A DNA stretch of 62,169 nt, filler included, from Rhabdomonas costata (Eukaryota): NCBI GenBank assembly GCA_019059605.1. It is 27 parts of 27 records of this genome, joined end to end, with 100 filler letters (N's around TTAATTAATTAA, not from the genome) between each part and the next. Parts side by side here need not be neighbours in the genome. Positions count along the whole stretch, not along the records: positions 1 to 2,207 come from JAHMHO010004843.1; positions 2,308 to 4,514 come from JAHMHO010004844.1; positions 4,615 to 6,821 come from JAHMHO010004845.1; positions 6,922 to 9,128 come from JAHMHO010004846.1; positions 9,229 to 11,434 come from JAHMHO010004847.1; positions 11,535 to 13,751 come from JAHMHO010004848.1; 21 more parts are not named here. One strand, given 5' to 3'. The notes beneath the pieces were generated by a model. That model did no database searches. It was not told the DNA's origin and saw nothing but the letters and a program-made list of their open reading frames with translations. This document shows, in pieces, positions 1 through 12,452 of this stretch (the first letter of the stretch is position 1; each line of letters begins with the position of its first letter). The translations under genes and the position numbers were made by a program.

Positions 1-1111
1 TGTTGTGTTTAAGGTAGTCCTGATATATCATCTGAACTGTTGTACCAAAGGGGGGGGGGGCAAACATGTGTAAGGCTCTTTAGCCGTTGAGTTGAAGACA
101 GACCGAGAACGCGCTCTGGGTAGCTCTTGGGAGAAGAGCCTGTGGCTGTGTTCACAGCTGTCGCTCGACCCGGGTTCCCCCTTGAGCTCCACCGTGGCCC
201 GCTCTGCGGGCTGTACTCTGTATATCCACTTTCGTTGTGCCCTTTTGGTTGGCCACCTTCTTACCCTTCGTTTGTGGCCGACAGGAAACCATTCCCCTTG
301 AAAAGTGTAAAATGTGTGTACAGTACCTTCACGGGTTTGCTGGGTTATCGTGTTATCAATGTGCGCGATGGCAGCTTGACGAGTGGGATCGACGGTCCTC
401 TGCATGCGCTGCTGATTTGTCATGGTTCTGACATCACCCATTTCTCATCATGTAGTCGTTGCAATCGCCCCCTTCCTTTTCTGCCTCCGAAAAACTGCTC
501 TGCGCGGTGATCTGGATTGGGTCAGTGGCGTGCGTGTCTTTTTGTTTTATGTGGTCATTGTACTTGTAGGAGATGCGCTTCTCAACGGAGTGACTTTTTT
601 GACTGCTTTCTTCCCAAGAGTGTCCTGGGTGATACATATCGCACGTTACAGCATAAACTCAGAACACATTCGTTTTAGCCTCAGGAACAAGAGAACGTTT
701 GCGTGATATTTTAGGCATTCGTGCCATCCTTGCGGTATTTCATAGCGATCCCCGGACCAGAACGCGTAACATACTGAATTCTGAGGTTTAGGATGTCACT
801 TAACGAACGTTACCTAGTTAATCTGCAAACCCACATGCTACTGTTGTGGGTGGTTATTTATTTAGACGGTTGGTCCCCCGGTTTCAATTACCCTGCATGA
901 AAAAGGCTGCGCGCTGCTCCCGAAATTTTCATTCATAAAAATGGATCTTCGTGGTGGGCCGCTTATTGGGACGCTGTGGTCTTCGCGCCAGGGGCGTCAG
1001 TTGCCGTCATGTGGACATGAGGTGTCAATCTTGCAGACTCAGAAATCAAATCTCGTCTTTCTTCAGGTTTTGACCGAATATTTTCTTTGGCACTACTCAG
1101 TTGTGGGTGTC

Positions 1112-2146
1112 ATGGCCTCCCTTCGACTGCTGCTGCAACTACAGTTCTTCCTCCTCCCTTTTTGTGTGGTTGCCCCTGGTAAGAAGTGCCCCTACCTCCA
1201 GGCCCCGGGGCCCATGCCTCCCGCGGTTCGGGCAATCTACGACCTCCAGCACCCCAAGGACTGCCGCACAGCGAAGTATGCGCTGTCTGAGGCGCATGCC
1301 TCGGGCCTGGGCAGCATGATTCATGTCTGGGGGGCCAGCATGGCCGTCTCTCTGGGGCTGAACCGCACGCAGGTCAGCCTTTTTGCTCCGTAACCCCCTA
1401 CCCGCCCAATGCCTTGTCTGTGGTCAGTAAATTCATTGCTCGCTTTTTTATTCATATGCAGGGGAGGGAATTTTTTCTTGGTGGAGCGTTTTTCATCCGG
1501 TCCAGGGGAAGGGGTGGGGTCGGGTCGAACGGGATACTGCACGTTCGCTTGTTTTTTCAATTCAAGATAGCTTGAGTGCATAGTTCGAAGCACGTGATCC
1601 CATGATTTCTGATTAAGATGATGACGACTGTCCCCAAGTGTCAGCAGCGTCCCATGATTCGCGAGTGCATCGCCGCATTCTCAGGTGTGGCAAGATTGTA
1701 TTCCCCCGAACCACTGGCCTAACGAGCTCTCCAACCCCAAGCTGTGTGGCACCAAGGACTGCATGCTGTGCGTCTTTGACCTTGTGGGGTGCGACGTCGA
1801 AAATCTAACTCGGGATGGCCGGAACGTGACAATTCGGTCAAAGTCGATTAGCGCCATCCCGCAGGGGTGGAATGCGAGCATTACCGCGTATAGGACGGCG
1901 GCCACGGACTACGTCTTTCGGATGGCGCGGCCGTTTGTGCTGCGGTACGCGTGCAAGATACGTGGCAAACTGTTTGGGGGTGCCGGAATGCCCCCCAACA
2001 CCACCCTGGTGCACATCCGGTGGGGCGATAAACGCAGGGAGATGGAGCTGGTCCCAATGAAGGAGTACGTCAGTGCCGTGGATCGCTTTGTGCAGCGTTA
2101 CAAGCTACGCAAGGTGACCGTTATGGTTGTGACCGAGGACCCCAGG
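1112..2146 (+). CDS. GT23 / alpha-1,6-fucosyltransferase (FUT8-like), 5' part; exons 1112-1372 and 1685-~2146
   Basis: Hydrophobic N-terminus; IYDLQHPKDCRTAKY...GLGSMIH...LNRT resembles the FUT8 LQNPKDC region; VHIRWGDKRREMELVPMKEY resembles the donor-binding VHVRRTDK motif. Phase-0 GT-AG intron. Truncated by a fold-back. Confidence 0.75.
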
Positions 2147-2207
2147 GCCTGGGGTCCTCGGTCACAACCATAACGGTCACCTTGCGTAGCTTGTAACGCT
2201 GCACAAA

Positions 2208-2307
2208 NNNNNNNNNNNNNNNNNNNNNNNNNNNNNNNNNNNNNNNNNNNNTTAATTAATTAANNNNNNNNNNNNNNNNNNNNNNNNNNNNNNNNNNNNN
2301 NNNNNNN
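2208..2307. other. Artificial contig spacer (first of 26)
   Basis: N44-TTAATTAATTAA-N44, a six-frame stop linker. The others start at 4515, 6822, 9129, 11435, 13752, 16069, 18376, 20683, 22989, 25295, 27601, 29906, 32213, 34518, 36824, 39128, 41430, 43733, 46037, 48340, 50643, 52946, 55261, 57564 and 59867. All contigs are about 2.2 kb, consistent with a length-sorted concatenation. Confidence 0.99.
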
Positions 2308-2599
2308 GTTGTTGTTGCTTTAGGACTTTTTCATATCCGGGCAACACAAGTAACGACATAAGCAATGGAAAGCGTTAGCCGAAGCAGGCTTTCTTGTATA
2401 CAGTGCTTCCTCCTGAAAAAAAAGAACAAGTGTACTACCCGCCGCCTATTTCGAACCATTGAAATTCAAGAGCGCCACCTTTAATTCGAAATGTCTCATA
2501 GCCTTTCACAGAGGGAAAGGACAAATAATAATAGATAATAATAGAAAGAGGGAGGAATGGCAGGGCGAGGAATTTTTTTGGGGGGGTCGCAGACGCACC

Positions 2600-4035
2600 A
2601 CCACGCCCGAGGGGGCGACCTCTCCCAGGCTGGCGCTGGTCTCCTTCACAGAGCGGGCGGAGCCCTTCAGGGCGTCTGCGCTGTGCAGGCGGTTCAGCAG
2701 GGGGTGACTCAGGGCCTTGTTCAGGGCGTCCTCAGTCCTCGCAACCTGTGCGCCACACAAGAACAAACCGGAGAGAAGAGAAGGGTCAGTGGGATCCGAG
2801 AAAGAAAGAGGGTGCACGGCCGTCACTATATCATGAGTACGTTGGAAGTCGCCTCCTCTGGTGCCCGAAGGAAAGGGTCGAGGACCATTTAATACAGGGG
2901 GAGGGGCCGAGCGTTCCGCACGCGGTAACCTCCCTTCTTCCCAGCCGTGCGTGTGCATGTGTGTGTCAAGCGCTAAGCGCCCTGGTAAGTGCGGGGCAGA
3001 TGGCTCGGTCCCTTCTTCATCCTTCTCTCACTCGCTCACGGGCTCTGCAGGTCAGCTGGCTGTTGTAGCGCATTCGCTTGCATGCGAGCGAATTCACGGG
3101 ATCACCGAACCCACCAAACCTTGTCGAGGATGTCGTCAACAAACGATCCCAAGGCCAGACTGCGCGGAGAGTTCGTCTCGTCCGAGGGCGCCATCTTGTG
3201 CAGCATCGCCACCACCAGCGGCAGCAGCCTGGCCGCGCGGTGGATGTTGAACTGCTCCACCACGACGTCCCGGATATCACGGACCTAACGGAGAAAGATT
3301 GCGAACAATGGCTTCTACAATAGAGGCACGGGACACATGGATAAGCGCGTCCTCCATCACCCAATCACCATACCCCCCTAACATACATAACCCCGGAAGG
3401 TGACAGGAGATAAGCATCTCCACATTAGAAAAAGTCTAAAGAACCAATGCCCACTGGTATTGCAGCCAGGTGCGGATGCGGGTGAAGTTAAAAGCGGTGT
3501 AGAGAGTAAAGATGGGAACAGGGCCTGGAAGGGCTTCCCCGACTGTGAGGAGTCGCCGCCCATCTCTTCCACGGAGTCTCGGAAGGTCTCCAGGTACATC
3601 TCCATGGCGGTCGTCAAGTGGGTGCAGGCCTGTTGCCACCGCTCTCCCAAGCTGAGGTAGTGGCCCACGATGTCATAGGCAACTGCGGTCTTCTCCAGCT
3701 GAGGGACCGGCGAAGAGCGAGAGGGAGGGAGAGCAAGAATCGAGCATCGATGCACAGAAACACCGATGCCCAGTGACGGAGACGCCCTTCACTCTCCCCA
3801 CCGTGTTGCGATTTTGTGGGTGAAGGAGCAGCGCCAAATAGCTGGGAACGAACGTGTGATCGGCAGCCAATTCGCATGGGAAACGGCAACCCACCTGAAG
3901 GTCGACGACGTACTGCGCCAGGCGCGCGTTCATCGTTGTCACGGCATCGGGAGCCATGAGCGACAGCAGCACACTCCCGAAGCACTCCAGGGTGAACTTG
4001 TACCGGGGCATGGTGCGCCACTGCCCCACCAGCGG
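2600..4035 (-). CDS. Multi-exon hypothetical protein, internal fragment; exons 4035-3895, 3698-3525, 3284-3120, 2745-~2600
   Basis: Four GC-rich, codon-biased blocks with AG acceptors join in phase 0 without stops (PLVGQWRTMPRYKF.../LEKTAVAYDIV.../VRDIRDVVVEQF.../VARTEDALNK...). One donor is GC (3524). No family recognised. Confidence 0.7.
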
Positions 4036-4699
4036 CTGAGCAGACCAGGAACGAACCGCAGATAAAGGGGTAAAGGCGCGGGAGCTTTATGTTTGCAAAC
4101 CCGGTCCCGACAAAAAGCCAAAGCAAAGGAGCGCACAAAGCGTGCGACAGGAAGCGCCACAAGTAAAAGGCACGATATAGGAAGGCAAAGGGAAGAGAGG
4201 ACTCATTGTCAATATCTGGGGAAAGATCCACAAAACAAGTAATGGAAAGCACATTTGAGGTGATAAATACAAAAGAATGTACCCTTTCAGTCATCCCGAG
4301 ACTGTTCAAGGCAAGTTAACCACGCTTGGAGTCCTTTTGGACCCTAGACAACGAGCGCAAGAATCTGCTATTATGCACTTTTTCATCGCAGGAAAAGATG
4401 CTTCATTTTGTCAGCTAATTTTTGTTCTCCACGCTGTTTAATTCTGACATGCATTCCACAAAATGCCCCCCCTGCTGGGAACCGGAGACACCAAGGAAGC
4501 ACATCCCCACAACANNNNNNNNNNNNNNNNNNNNNNNNNNNNNNNNNNNNNNNNNNNNTTAATTAATTAANNNNNNNNNNNNNNNNNNNNNNNNNNNNNN
4601 NNNNNNNNNNNNNNACATTTTTTTGCTGCATTTGTGTGTGATTTTAGCCTCAACCATTGACACCCCGTTTGTGCGGGCATGTGCTGCTGCTGTTCACGA

Positions 4700-5950
4700 C
4701 ACTTGAAGCAGCAACCTTTTGTGGATCTTTGTGCAGGCCTGCATGCCGATCCCAAGCGGCCGGAGCTGCTCAGTATGCCTGTTAAGGAATATGTCGATTC
4801 GTCGGTTCGTTTTTTGCCAACTCAGCAGACAGATGCCCTCTAAAGACTCTCGTTGATCACGGCGTCGGGCTGAACACGGCGCAGAGCAAGAACACGGGGA
4901 GGACTGAGAGGTGGAGGTGGAGCGTGAGTGCCGCACACCGAGGCAGGACCCAGGCTTACCCAAAGGCTTAGGGGGGACCTTCACGCCAACTGGGGTGGCG
5001 CGGAGGGTTGGGCGCCCGTGAAGAGTACTCCAAACGCGCCGGTCGGGTTCCCAAAGCCCCGCGTACACCCACGGTCGTACGTCCCGAGGGGGACACGAAC
5101 CCTGTGATTTCAAGGGTAGGGTATTTCAAGGGTATTTCAAGAGTAACGTGAAGCAGCGAGGCGAGAAGGGGTTCATGCCCCATCGAGGTTGAGGCTCGCT
5201 TCGTACAACGTGTGGGAGCCTCTAACCAGATGTTACCTACATTCTCTGATGCCACTCCGGACCTCCAGAGACAGCTTACCGACATTCTTTACGGCGAGGC
5301 AATTGAACGGTTGTACGCAGCGCTCGATTGTGTGGGACAAATGCGGCCCTCCAGTTTGAGCAAACCCCACGGTTGCGTGGACGTTCGGTCCCACACCCTG
5401 GGCCGAACTCTCTCCCACCGTTTTTCGGGCTGGCCTGCGGTGGATCCTGGGCCTCCCTCTTCGAGCGGACCCGTATCGCTGTCCAGCGTGCCACTGCCCT
5501 GCGGATGCTGCTGGCCAACATACCGTAGTCTGCCAAAAGTCCGGGGCTATCGGCCGGGGCCACTCTTTCCTGCGCGACGTCATGTTCGAGATCTGTTCAT
5601 TCGCCGGTCTCGCCACTGACAAGGAGCAACGCCTGCCACGACACCTTGAGCTGAGGCCCGCGGATCTGCTGATGCGCAACTGGTACCCTGGCAGACTTAG
5701 CTTTGGACCCCACAGTAGTCTCTCCAACGCTCCAATGCGACCCGGTGCACATTTCGGAGTCTAGCTGCTTCTCTCACCTCGATGCCGCTGCGGCGACCAA
5801 ATCCGCCGCTATGCTTTGCTTTGCGAGGAACCAGGGTGGGGGTACCAGGCATTCCCGTCGATACCTTCGGCGCCCTTCACTCCGACAGCCGCCGCTTCAG
5901 TGTGCACAAAAATTGATCGACGCGCGTCCATTAATAACTCATAAGGACTT
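4700..5950 (+). mobile_element. Decayed RLE-type (CRE/SLACS-like) non-LTR retrotransposon, C-terminal part
   Basis: Manual translation gives VQACMPIPSG (thumb-like QAxLP), AWTFGPTP..FRAGLRWILGLP, the CCHC knuckle CPACHCPADAAGQHTVVC, GHSFLRD, and RPADLLMRNWYPG-(frameshift)-LDPTVVSP...AAAATK. This is the motif order of restriction-like-endonuclease elements. Confidence 0.8.
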
Positions 5951-7192
5951 GAGTTGAAATTTCATATTTGATATTTTAAAAAATTATTTCGAAATAAGCA
6001 GCAACTTGCGCCATACCCAGAACTTGGTACAAGTCCACGGATTCAGACATGCTGGTAAGTAAAGACAAGAGACGTACAGGGCGTGTGTTCAATTCTATTC
6101 TCTATTGAAACGGAAGTCTCCGAAATAGCCAAACAGAGATTTTAAGACTACTATTTCTATACGGAAAGGTTTGCAAAATGAAGTATCGTTGCCGCCATTG
6201 AGCGTACACAAAATTAGATTACGAGCACTTTAAATTTCAGGTCTATGTGCACAGAATTTTGTTTTTGGGTCAAATCTCACGGACAGCGGGCATCCCGCAT
6301 AACTGGGGTGCCAGCAGTTCACAGCAGTGAAAATACCCCAGGCGCGGGGTGAGGAGAGGGATTGTGCAGTTTTTGTAAGGAAGGTGACTAACCAACGGGC
6401 ACAGGAAAGTTTTATAGCCTTGCAATTTGTGATGCTGGATGCAGGAGATTGGACTGTTGCAAACGCCTTTGCCCAAGGAGCCCAGTTACTGATGAAGGAC
6501 TTTTGTTCGAAACGTTCCCCAGTATTTGCGGGCATCCTCCTCGATCACTTGATCTTCTGCAGAGGAACCCCACTATTCTCATTGCATTTCCAACATGTTC
6601 TCCTCTTCCACATTCGTTTCCTCAAACGCTTCGACACCTTATGGTGTTGTCTCAGGGGTTCCTATGTTCACGGACCACCACCGTTCCTACTCTTCTGAGT
6701 TCAAGCTCTCGTCTCCGTTGCAGCTATGGCAGCCTCCGGCGATTCCTCTGCATTTTGAACGCATGTTTCGGCTACGAATGGTGCCTCTGGGGCGGGTGGG
6801 AGGTGCACTGCGCTTGACTGGNNNNNNNNNNNNNNNNNNNNNNNNNNNNNNNNNNNNNNNNNNNNTTAATTAATTAANNNNNNNNNNNNNNNNNNNNNNN
6901 NNNNNNNNNNNNNNNNNNNNNTATCGTATGCGGCACTGCTTGCTTGCCAGATGTCTGCTTGTGTCCAACAATCACGCCTAGGTGACTCCTGCTAGCAGAT
7001 CGGGGATAACAGGGCACTTACCTGGCTTCACTTACGAATGGCCGGCTAAATTCCGTATGCGTGCCATCTCCTGAGTGATGGAAACACTGCGATGAGCTGG
7101 CTTGTCCAAACACACACAAACACCCCTTTGTCCTTTGTGAGTCGTGAGTCTCTGGCCCTCGCCCCAAAATTCCCTCCCAGCGCTGGGGATAC

Positions 7193-7472
7193 CCAGAATG
7201 TCCACCACGGTTCCGACGTGGACATCCCACGCCCGCAAAGGCTCTCCGCGGCGGCTGAACACGGCAACCTTCAGCGGCACCTTGGAGTCATCAACCAGAA
7301 CCTCGAAGAGCTCCTCCAGGGGCCGGAACACCAGCAGCATGTACCGGCGGGTGCCTCCCTCTGTCCACCACGACTCAAACTCCATCGCCTCCGGGACTTT
7401 CGGGAAGAACGCGCTGAGCTCCGCCAGCGACGGCGAGGATGAGGACGCCGCGGAGGCGTCTGCTTTAGCCAT
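7193..7472 (-). CDS. First exon of a hypothetical protein, possibly DM10-like domain
   Basis: ATG at 7472 and GT donor at 7192; codon-biased. RRYMLLVFRP..ELFEV...WDVHVGTVVDILG loosely resembles the DM10 pattern. Confidence 0.5.
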
Positions 7473-9499
7473 GGATCTCGCTGCTGCTGGGGTTAAATAC
7501 AGCCACACACATGCACCCCGAGTACAGACACAAACACCACAAATGTACAGCACGCTGTACCAAAGAAGATCACTACCGTGGGTAGAAAATCAAAATGAAG
7601 GTAACAAGAAGACAAGGAACACGAGCGCTCGTTGAGCGGCTTGACGGTGACGCAGCTTGCCACCACCGATTAGCGTAGACGTGAAGCAGTGTTAAGGAGT
7701 TCTGGTTCCCTTTCACAAGAATTCCGACATTTGGGGAACAAAGTGCATGGCCAGATGCACGTGCAATCAGCGCGCCGCCAGAATGCTTCGATGACGCAAT
7801 AGAGGACAGGCAATAGACAGAAGGAGCCCAGAAAAGCAGCGACGCGGAATTTAGGATTTTGCGTAGGGAAAATGCAAATCGCGTGTGCAATTGGGGAAAA
7901 ACAGAAGAGCCCAGCCAATATGGAATAGACGATGCCGAGGAAGCAGACCAGATCACGGTCTCCAAAAGCAAAGGAAAGTTATTTACCCAGAGAACCGCAG
8001 AGAAACTCGCCCAGCCGGGATCCGGTCAGCACGGAATCGAAAAAGATTTTGGCAATTGAGCTCATGCCCTGGTCATGACCAGAAATGCCAAATGGGGGTG
8101 CTATGGAGGGAGCAGCCTGGTTATGGTTGAAAATCGATCAAGCAAATGCCAAACGCGCAACAACAACACACATCGGCCAGTGAGAGAGAGCAAGGGATAA
8201 AGAGAAGACGCCGCAAAACTATCCTTCGAGGATGAAGCGAGTCCTCCCCACCCCCCACCCCCACGCCCACGCGGCACACATCTCGTATGCAAGAGCAAAG
8301 CCACGGCATTGACCAAACCCCACACACCACGAGTAGTGAGGATGTACACTCCGCCTTGCGCTTCCCTCTCTCAGAGACCACCTCCACACACGATTGCAGA
8401 AAACAATGAAAACAAGGGGAAGCTGGGGGGGGGGGGGGGGGACGCGGATCATGCACATAAATAAGAGAAACAAAATGTGTAAGGCTTGGGTATATCGAGC
8501 AACCCAGGAAAGGTGACGATTCAGACCCAACTAGCGTATTTCACCCCTTCGTCGCAGTACACCTTCCTGCCGTCGAATTCACAGCGCCTAGTAAACGCGG
8601 ACCATCCATTGGTTGGGGTTTGTGGCGGGTAAAAATTATATTTTCTTAGAACTCGTCCATTTCAGTGCTGGAAATATCTCGTTTCTTTGCAAGCGCGGGG
8701 TTGCACCCTCCCACATCCCTCCAATAGTCTCTTTCGGCTGACAATTTTTCCAGGAAGCCCGCATACCAAAGTGATGCCGCTTGGGTGCCTCCAGTAAGAC
8801 GGAAACATACCAAAGGCACAGCAAGCACAAACAAACACAGGGGCCCTTTCCTTCTCTCTGTCCCGCCCAAACATCGCCACGCCCCCCGTTCTCGACCTTC
8901 GCCACAATGGGGCAATAGCGACAACAGATGAGCTGACTTCGACGCCAGCCCACGATACCAACAGAGAGAGAGGCTCACAGGAAAGTTCGACGCAAAACGG
9001 AAGCGCACAAGCAAAGCGAGCGCACACCCACACGCACGCCCACACACAAAAAGAAAAGAAGGGGGGAAACCTGCGTCGGCTTCATCCCCTCCCTTTGAAC
9101 CCGTTCCGCATCTCCCTCACACCCAACCNNNNNNNNNNNNNNNNNNNNNNNNNNNNNNNNNNNNNNNNNNNNTTAATTAATTAANNNNNNNNNNNNNNNN
9201 NNNNNNNNNNNNNNNNNNNNNNNNNNNNAAGCAGTTCTCCGATGGAAAAAGTGGATGGCAGTGTGCTCTTGGTGGATTGTCGGCGGTGTGCTCTTCGTGA
9301 GTGGGGTGTGTGCTTGTCCTTGAATGGGTGTCCGACCAGTAAACAGAAGCACGGGTGCTCTGCGTGACAAGGGAACCTACGTGTAAAGACTGAGGAGTGG
9401 GGTGCGGATAGCACTTAATTGCAGGGGTGAGGGGGAAAGGTCCCCGGCGCCCCGCGAAGCTCTCGCATGGCGCGGCGGTTGGGGAAGTCAGGCACCACC

Positions 9500-10594
9500 T
9501 CTCTGGGGCAGCAGCTCTTCCACCGCTGCCCGCACTTGTAGCACAGGAAGTGGCCGACTCCCTGTTTCACAAGACAGACGCGGCAGTCGTCGGATCCTAA
9601 CCGGCCCACGTCGATTTGATGCCAGGAGATGCCACCTGAACACGGTAACAGATACAGGCAAGATATCCCACCCGCTCCGCCCCGCCACGCGCCAATGGTG
9701 TCTGGAGTCATGAGGGGGGGGGTTGTCTTGAGACATATTTGGTACATAAAGTGCCTGGATTCCCCTGAACTTCTTCCTGCCTGGATATATCAAACATTTG
9801 CAGCAATATGCTGCAAGGACTCTTTGACTTGCGCTGGAATCCGCGCGTACGGATAAAGGTGCCATGAAAGCCGGTTCTGGTTCTGGTGTGAATAATGGTT
9901 TCGACTGCCGAAGCACACATTGCAATGGGGTTTCGCAAAGGCACACAAAAACACCAACGACCCTGAGCCGCGGAGTGCAGACATCCTGTAGAGAAAGGGA
10001 AGTCCCTGCACGGCCCTCTTAACCCCTGAAAATCTTCTGCTGAAGTATCAGGGGACAGCTGCATCGCCACCCAACCCCCCCGCCAAAACCATCTATTGCA
10101 TCCCAGGGGATACCTGCTAATCGACCCAAAAACATTTTCATCCTGGGGAAAGTTCTTCGGTTAGCCCAAGTTCTTTTCGATTCATACCGAGAAAACGTGT
10201 GAAGAGAAAAATAGAAATGGCTGCACCGGCAGTGCTTAGTGCGCAGTTTCTAGCCTGTCGATCGAAAGCGACACCGGTGACCACCTCGCCAGCATATGCA
10301 ATGATATTTCCGTCTGAAGCGTACGCTCGTCTTATGCTGGATTTGGCACTAGTTCCTTCCTCGCATTCAGCAACTGGAGAGGAGATCCCACATACCTTGA
10401 AAGACTGCCGCACTTTTTCACCACCCGCCCTTTCAGAGGAAATGCAGGTTTCAAGGTGGAGTTGGTTTCCCAGCAAATGATAGGCAGCAGTGGAGAGGAG
10501 AACGGAAAGGCCTGCCTTCTTCACACGCAGCCGGCGCCAGTACTCGCAGCCCTGGCAGGTACAGGTGTACGTGGGCAGCGGCTCGTGTCCAGAG
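9500..10594 (-). CDS. Cys-rich putative zinc-binding protein, fragment
   Basis: Exon-like blocks GHEPLPTYTCTCQGCEYWRRLRVKK (about 10594-10516) and GISWHQIDVGRLGSDDCRVCLVKQGVGHFLCYKCGQRWKSCC (about 9634-9500). The GxFxCxxCxxxWxS pattern recalls 3CxxC-type domains. Confidence 0.45.
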
Positions 10595-11202
10595 CTGAGC
10601 GAAAATGCAGGCGACGATTCGCAAGAATCCCAGCCCGCCAGGCCCACGCAACGTTTCAACGCTTTGCAATTGATCTTTGGTATCTCGCATGCCAACAAAA
10701 AAGCAGCAGCTCGGGTTGCGGCAGGCCACGGAGAGGAAGGGGACAAGCGGACCGTCCGAATCCCGGCATGTGTCATCAGGAAGAATCAGAAACCCGAAGG
10801 GCACGGCATACCCGACATGTGTGGTGGTCACATCCCCAGGGGCCCCTGAAGGGAAGTGGAAGATCTTCTCTGCGACCAAAACCAGAGAGAAAGGCAGGCA
10901 AATGGGAGAACAGGCAAAAAAAATCACGTTCCAAGCAAAGCAAAGGTGGAAGCACGGATCCAAACGCGGAAAGCTTGGTTGCCCAGACGCTCCCAGGTTT
11001 TTCTGGTGTGGAAATGCTATTGTCCTTAACTATCTCTCGGTTTTTTTCTGATCCTTTTGCTGACTGCTGCACAAAAAAATTTGATTGTCTCCAAGCAAAA
11101 AAAGCAAGCTTCAAGTTCAACAGCTATATCTTGGAGAGAGGGTGGGGCAGAGAAAAAACACCAAAACACACGCATTTCCCCCATTCTCCAAACATACAAT
11201 TT

Positions 11203-11261
11203 TGTTCTAGTCCTTTCCGCGGGAAAAAGACCACGGAAAATCACAGCAAAAAAGGACAAAC
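11203..11261. repeat. 59-bp hairpin element, copy 1
   Basis: Matches 14427-14485 with 5 mismatches and contains internal inverted repeats. Confidence 0.85.
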
Positions 11262-12160
11262 TTCGTCAGGTGCACAACCTGCAAGGAATGCAGGCGCGGT
11301 TTCTGTCCGTCCTGACTAGAACATATATAAGTGACAGAGTGAGAGAGCATGAGAGCCACGGGAAACAGCCAGGCAGACATCGAGGAGCAAGCAAAGCTTT
11401 CGACACAGTGTCAGGTGGACAAACCCCACACAACNNNNNNNNNNNNNNNNNNNNNNNNNNNNNNNNNNNNNNNNNNNNTTAATTAATTAANNNNNNNNNN
11501 NNNNNNNNNNNNNNNNNNNNNNNNNNNNNNNNNNTGTTTTTGTGGTCCCAATACGGCTGGTGCCATAGAGGCACTGCCTGATCGACTTAGCTACTACGTT
11601 GCGCTGTGGCTTCGCATTCCAAGAGACGACTTTTTTGTGTGCTTCGTTATTTTCTTCGGGTTGTTTGCCCTTCCCATCATCGATATTGTGCTCAAAATGG
11701 AAGCTCGTTGAGTTGCCGTGTTTTTTTGTGATCTAAAAAACCGAATTAAATATAGGTCACTGACTTCTTGCTTTCAGCCGCACATCCTTCTCTGCTTTGC
11801 TTTATTTTTTATTTCACAGTTCACCCTCTCACGTCCAATCGGTCGTTAAATCCATTTCGTTCTGTCATTTATAGACATTCTCCATGGATAGCCAAGATCC
11901 CGACGGATAGGAGGTGGGTAGGCGTTCATCTGGCCATTTGGTGCTGTGTCTCCTTACTTTTATTATCCGCAGCGTTGCTGTTCCCTTCCCTACCAGACGG
12001 TGGTGGTGTTGATTGCTGGGCGGCTCACCCTGCACTCCATTGTGGAACTCTTTGTGTATCCTTTGAGTGTGGTCTGTTGTCGGGGGGGGGTGCCTGGGTT
12101 GAATTGGATTGCTGCGGTTGCGTTTGAGTTTGAGTTTGAATTTGGGTTGTGAGAAGAGAG

Positions 12161-12452
12161 ATGCTGCGTCTTATTCGCCTGCCCTGCGGGTGTGCCCTGC
12201 GAAGTCGCCGTAGACTGGTCCTCCCCGCGGCCGAGCACTCCTCTTCCTTCTCCCCCTCCTCCCCTCTGTGCCTGTGGGTGTGCAAGCCCGGCCGGGAGCA
12301 GGCTTTGGCGCTGGAGCTGCAGGGGAACGGCTGTGAGGTGCGCCCCGTGGGCACGCAGGGAGTGGTGGTCTGTCAGGAATCCCAGGCCCGGCTCCAGAGC
12401 CTGGGCATGTGCTGGGCTCTGCAGTGCATGCCCGATGTGCGCCGGTTTGAAG
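12161..12452 (+). CDS. First exon of an RlmM/THUMP-like RNA methyltransferase with a possible mitochondrial presequence
   Basis: Arg/Leu-rich N-terminus MLRLIRLPCGCALRSRRRL; WVCKPGREQALALEL and CWALQ parallel the RlmM N-terminal LCRPGFEKECAAEI and IFARQ motifs; AG|GT donor at 12453. Confidence 0.45.

Noticed and set aside
2087..2207. Long near-perfect palindromes at contig ends as hairpin telomeres or terminators
   Set aside because: They duplicate adjacent (often coding) sequence, occur only at contig ends and carry primer-type mismatches; amplification fold-backs.
5060..5110. HDV-like ribozyme in the retroelement insert
   Set aside because: A P3/L3-like hairpin is present, but I could not form P1 and P2 pairings on either strand.
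6230..6560. hAT dimerisation domain remnant on the minus strand
   Set aside because: Only a loose KYW...L..L...V..SPIS pattern with a stop and no ERxFS motif.
10456..11319. Long plus-strand ORFs such as 10456-11319 and 22204-23040
   Set aside because: No recognisable motifs; they lie antisense to better-supported minus-strand exons.
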